Shown here: piece by piece, positions 35,781 through 36,981 of the stretch
Layout of the letters: the number at the start of each line of letters is the position of its first letter
Numbering within the stretch: the first letter of the stretch is position 1
Assembly: GCF_001194135.2 (NCBI RefSeq)
Contig: NC_068994.1
Coordinates: forward strand, 5,506,140 to 5,543,120
Source: Octopus bimaculoides
Taxonomy: Eukaryota
Direction of reading: 5' to 3'
DNA: 36,981 nt
Program-made: the position numbers and the translations under genes
Notes under the pieces: generated by a model
What the model was told of the DNA's origin: nothing
Database searches by the model: none
What the model saw: the letters and a program-made list of their open reading frames with translations, nothing else

Positions 35781-36688
35781 GTATAACTTAAGTCTATATC
35801 ATATTTTTTAAAATATGTCTCAATCTGTGGGTTTCTCTCTTTCTAAATATTTCCTGTTATTTCAATAATGCGCCAATGGAAATGAGGACTACACATGTTT
35901 ATAACCGATTATGCTTTACAAACGTTCATTCACAAAATTCTTTGGAAAGATATCGTGTAATATTTGACGCCTGAAGACTATGGTCATCAAGGGTATGAGA
36001 GGTATTGCTATCAAGAAGTCCCAAAGGTGTCAGGTAATGCTGTGTAAGTGCTATGGACAGACTATAGTTAAGCTCCAGGTTCGATGATTATACGAATGAG
36101 TTCAACGTAGGTCATATATTAGGGATATATATAATACCTCGCAAACAGCTGTATGACCTTTATAAACAGCTGTATGACATTTATAAATGTTCTGAAAACT
36201 ATCACAGTCTTGGATTTTTATCCATTCTCTTAATCTATATGTGCATGTGTGTGCGCGCGCCGTGTGTGTGTGCAAACATTAAATTAAATAGAGAGAGATT
36301 CAATTGACAATCCAATAATTTATTTGTATTCTAATATAAATTAATATTCTATGAAAATGATATAATATAAGGTAACAAAAAATCATTTAAAAACCAAAAG
36401 AGCCAAGTAGCTCTATGTTTCTCCTCATAAATATTTACGAAAAGAAACTTAGATCTACCTGGCTCTTTTGATTTTTTAATGATTTTTATGTTACCTTATA
36501 TTATATTCGTAGTATATTATATTATATTATAATATAAATGAGTTATTGGGTTGTCGATTGAATCTATTTAATATATTGTTTGTAATTTTGCATTTTATAC
36601 CTCTATTTATGTGGTATTCAACTGACGTACCAGTGAATTGGATGTGTTTACATACCCCTTTGAAGGCATTATTTTCCTTAGTTTGTTA

Positions 36689-36726
<38 letters not shown>

Positions 36727-36792
36727 ATATGACCGCGTGTGTATCGTTGGCGATTTTCTTTCTCTGTCTTCCCTTCTTTGGGTTTTTCCTAT

Positions 36793-36827
36793 ATTTCTGA
36801 TGAAGAGTTCCACTTGAAAAGTGAGAT
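36793..36827 (+). ncRNA. Degenerate hammerhead-like motif inside a ~210-bp element (36731-36942) flanked by (TA)n
   Basis: AUUU-CUGAUGA-A-GAGU(UCC)ACUU-GAAAA-GUG-AGAU. Cleavage triplet and stem III are non-canonical. Shares downstream TTCCTGAGCGT with the 30214 copy. Confidence 0.4.
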
Positions 36828-36942
36828 CCTCTTATTTTTCTTTCCTTTCCTGAGCGTCCAATAACACTGTACTTATTCCATGTCCTCGAGTTGTTGTTTT
36901 TTCCTGCTTTTTCTTGCTTGTTCATGCTTGAATTGACGAAGC

Positions 36943-36981
<39 letters not shown>

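Overview
This is AT-rich, microsatellite-dense animal DNA. The repeat families look like those of an octopod cephalopod (Octopus-like), which I infer from recall, not from a search. There are three assembly gaps (719-1443, 19256-19504, 29841-29963). No prokaryotic features are present, and most ORFs in the supplied track are microsatellite or N-run artefacts. The main feature is the 5' part of one large plus-strand spliced gene. It runs from a signal-peptide exon at 2810 to at least 35780 and probably continues past the window. Every traceable intron is phase 1 (the donor of exon 7 lies in a gap). Predicted architecture: signal peptide, Cys-rich exon, EGF-like, degenerate F-type-lectin-like domain (2 exons), EGF, F-type lectin domain (FTP/F5-8 type C, 2 exons), EGF, then a tandem array of EGF exons (MEGF10/Draper/SCARF-type repeats). 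That array contains intact copies, two frameshifted pseudo-exons and a fragment, consistent with exon birth-and-death and possible gene conversion. The introns hold a decayed 2.8-kb R4/Dong-clade LINE with an internal RT duplication, an RTE remnant, Penelope-like fragments, three tRNA-derived SINE families, a probable non-autonomous Helitron, a mariner end, and two minimal hammerhead-ribozyme-like motifs in the sense orientation.
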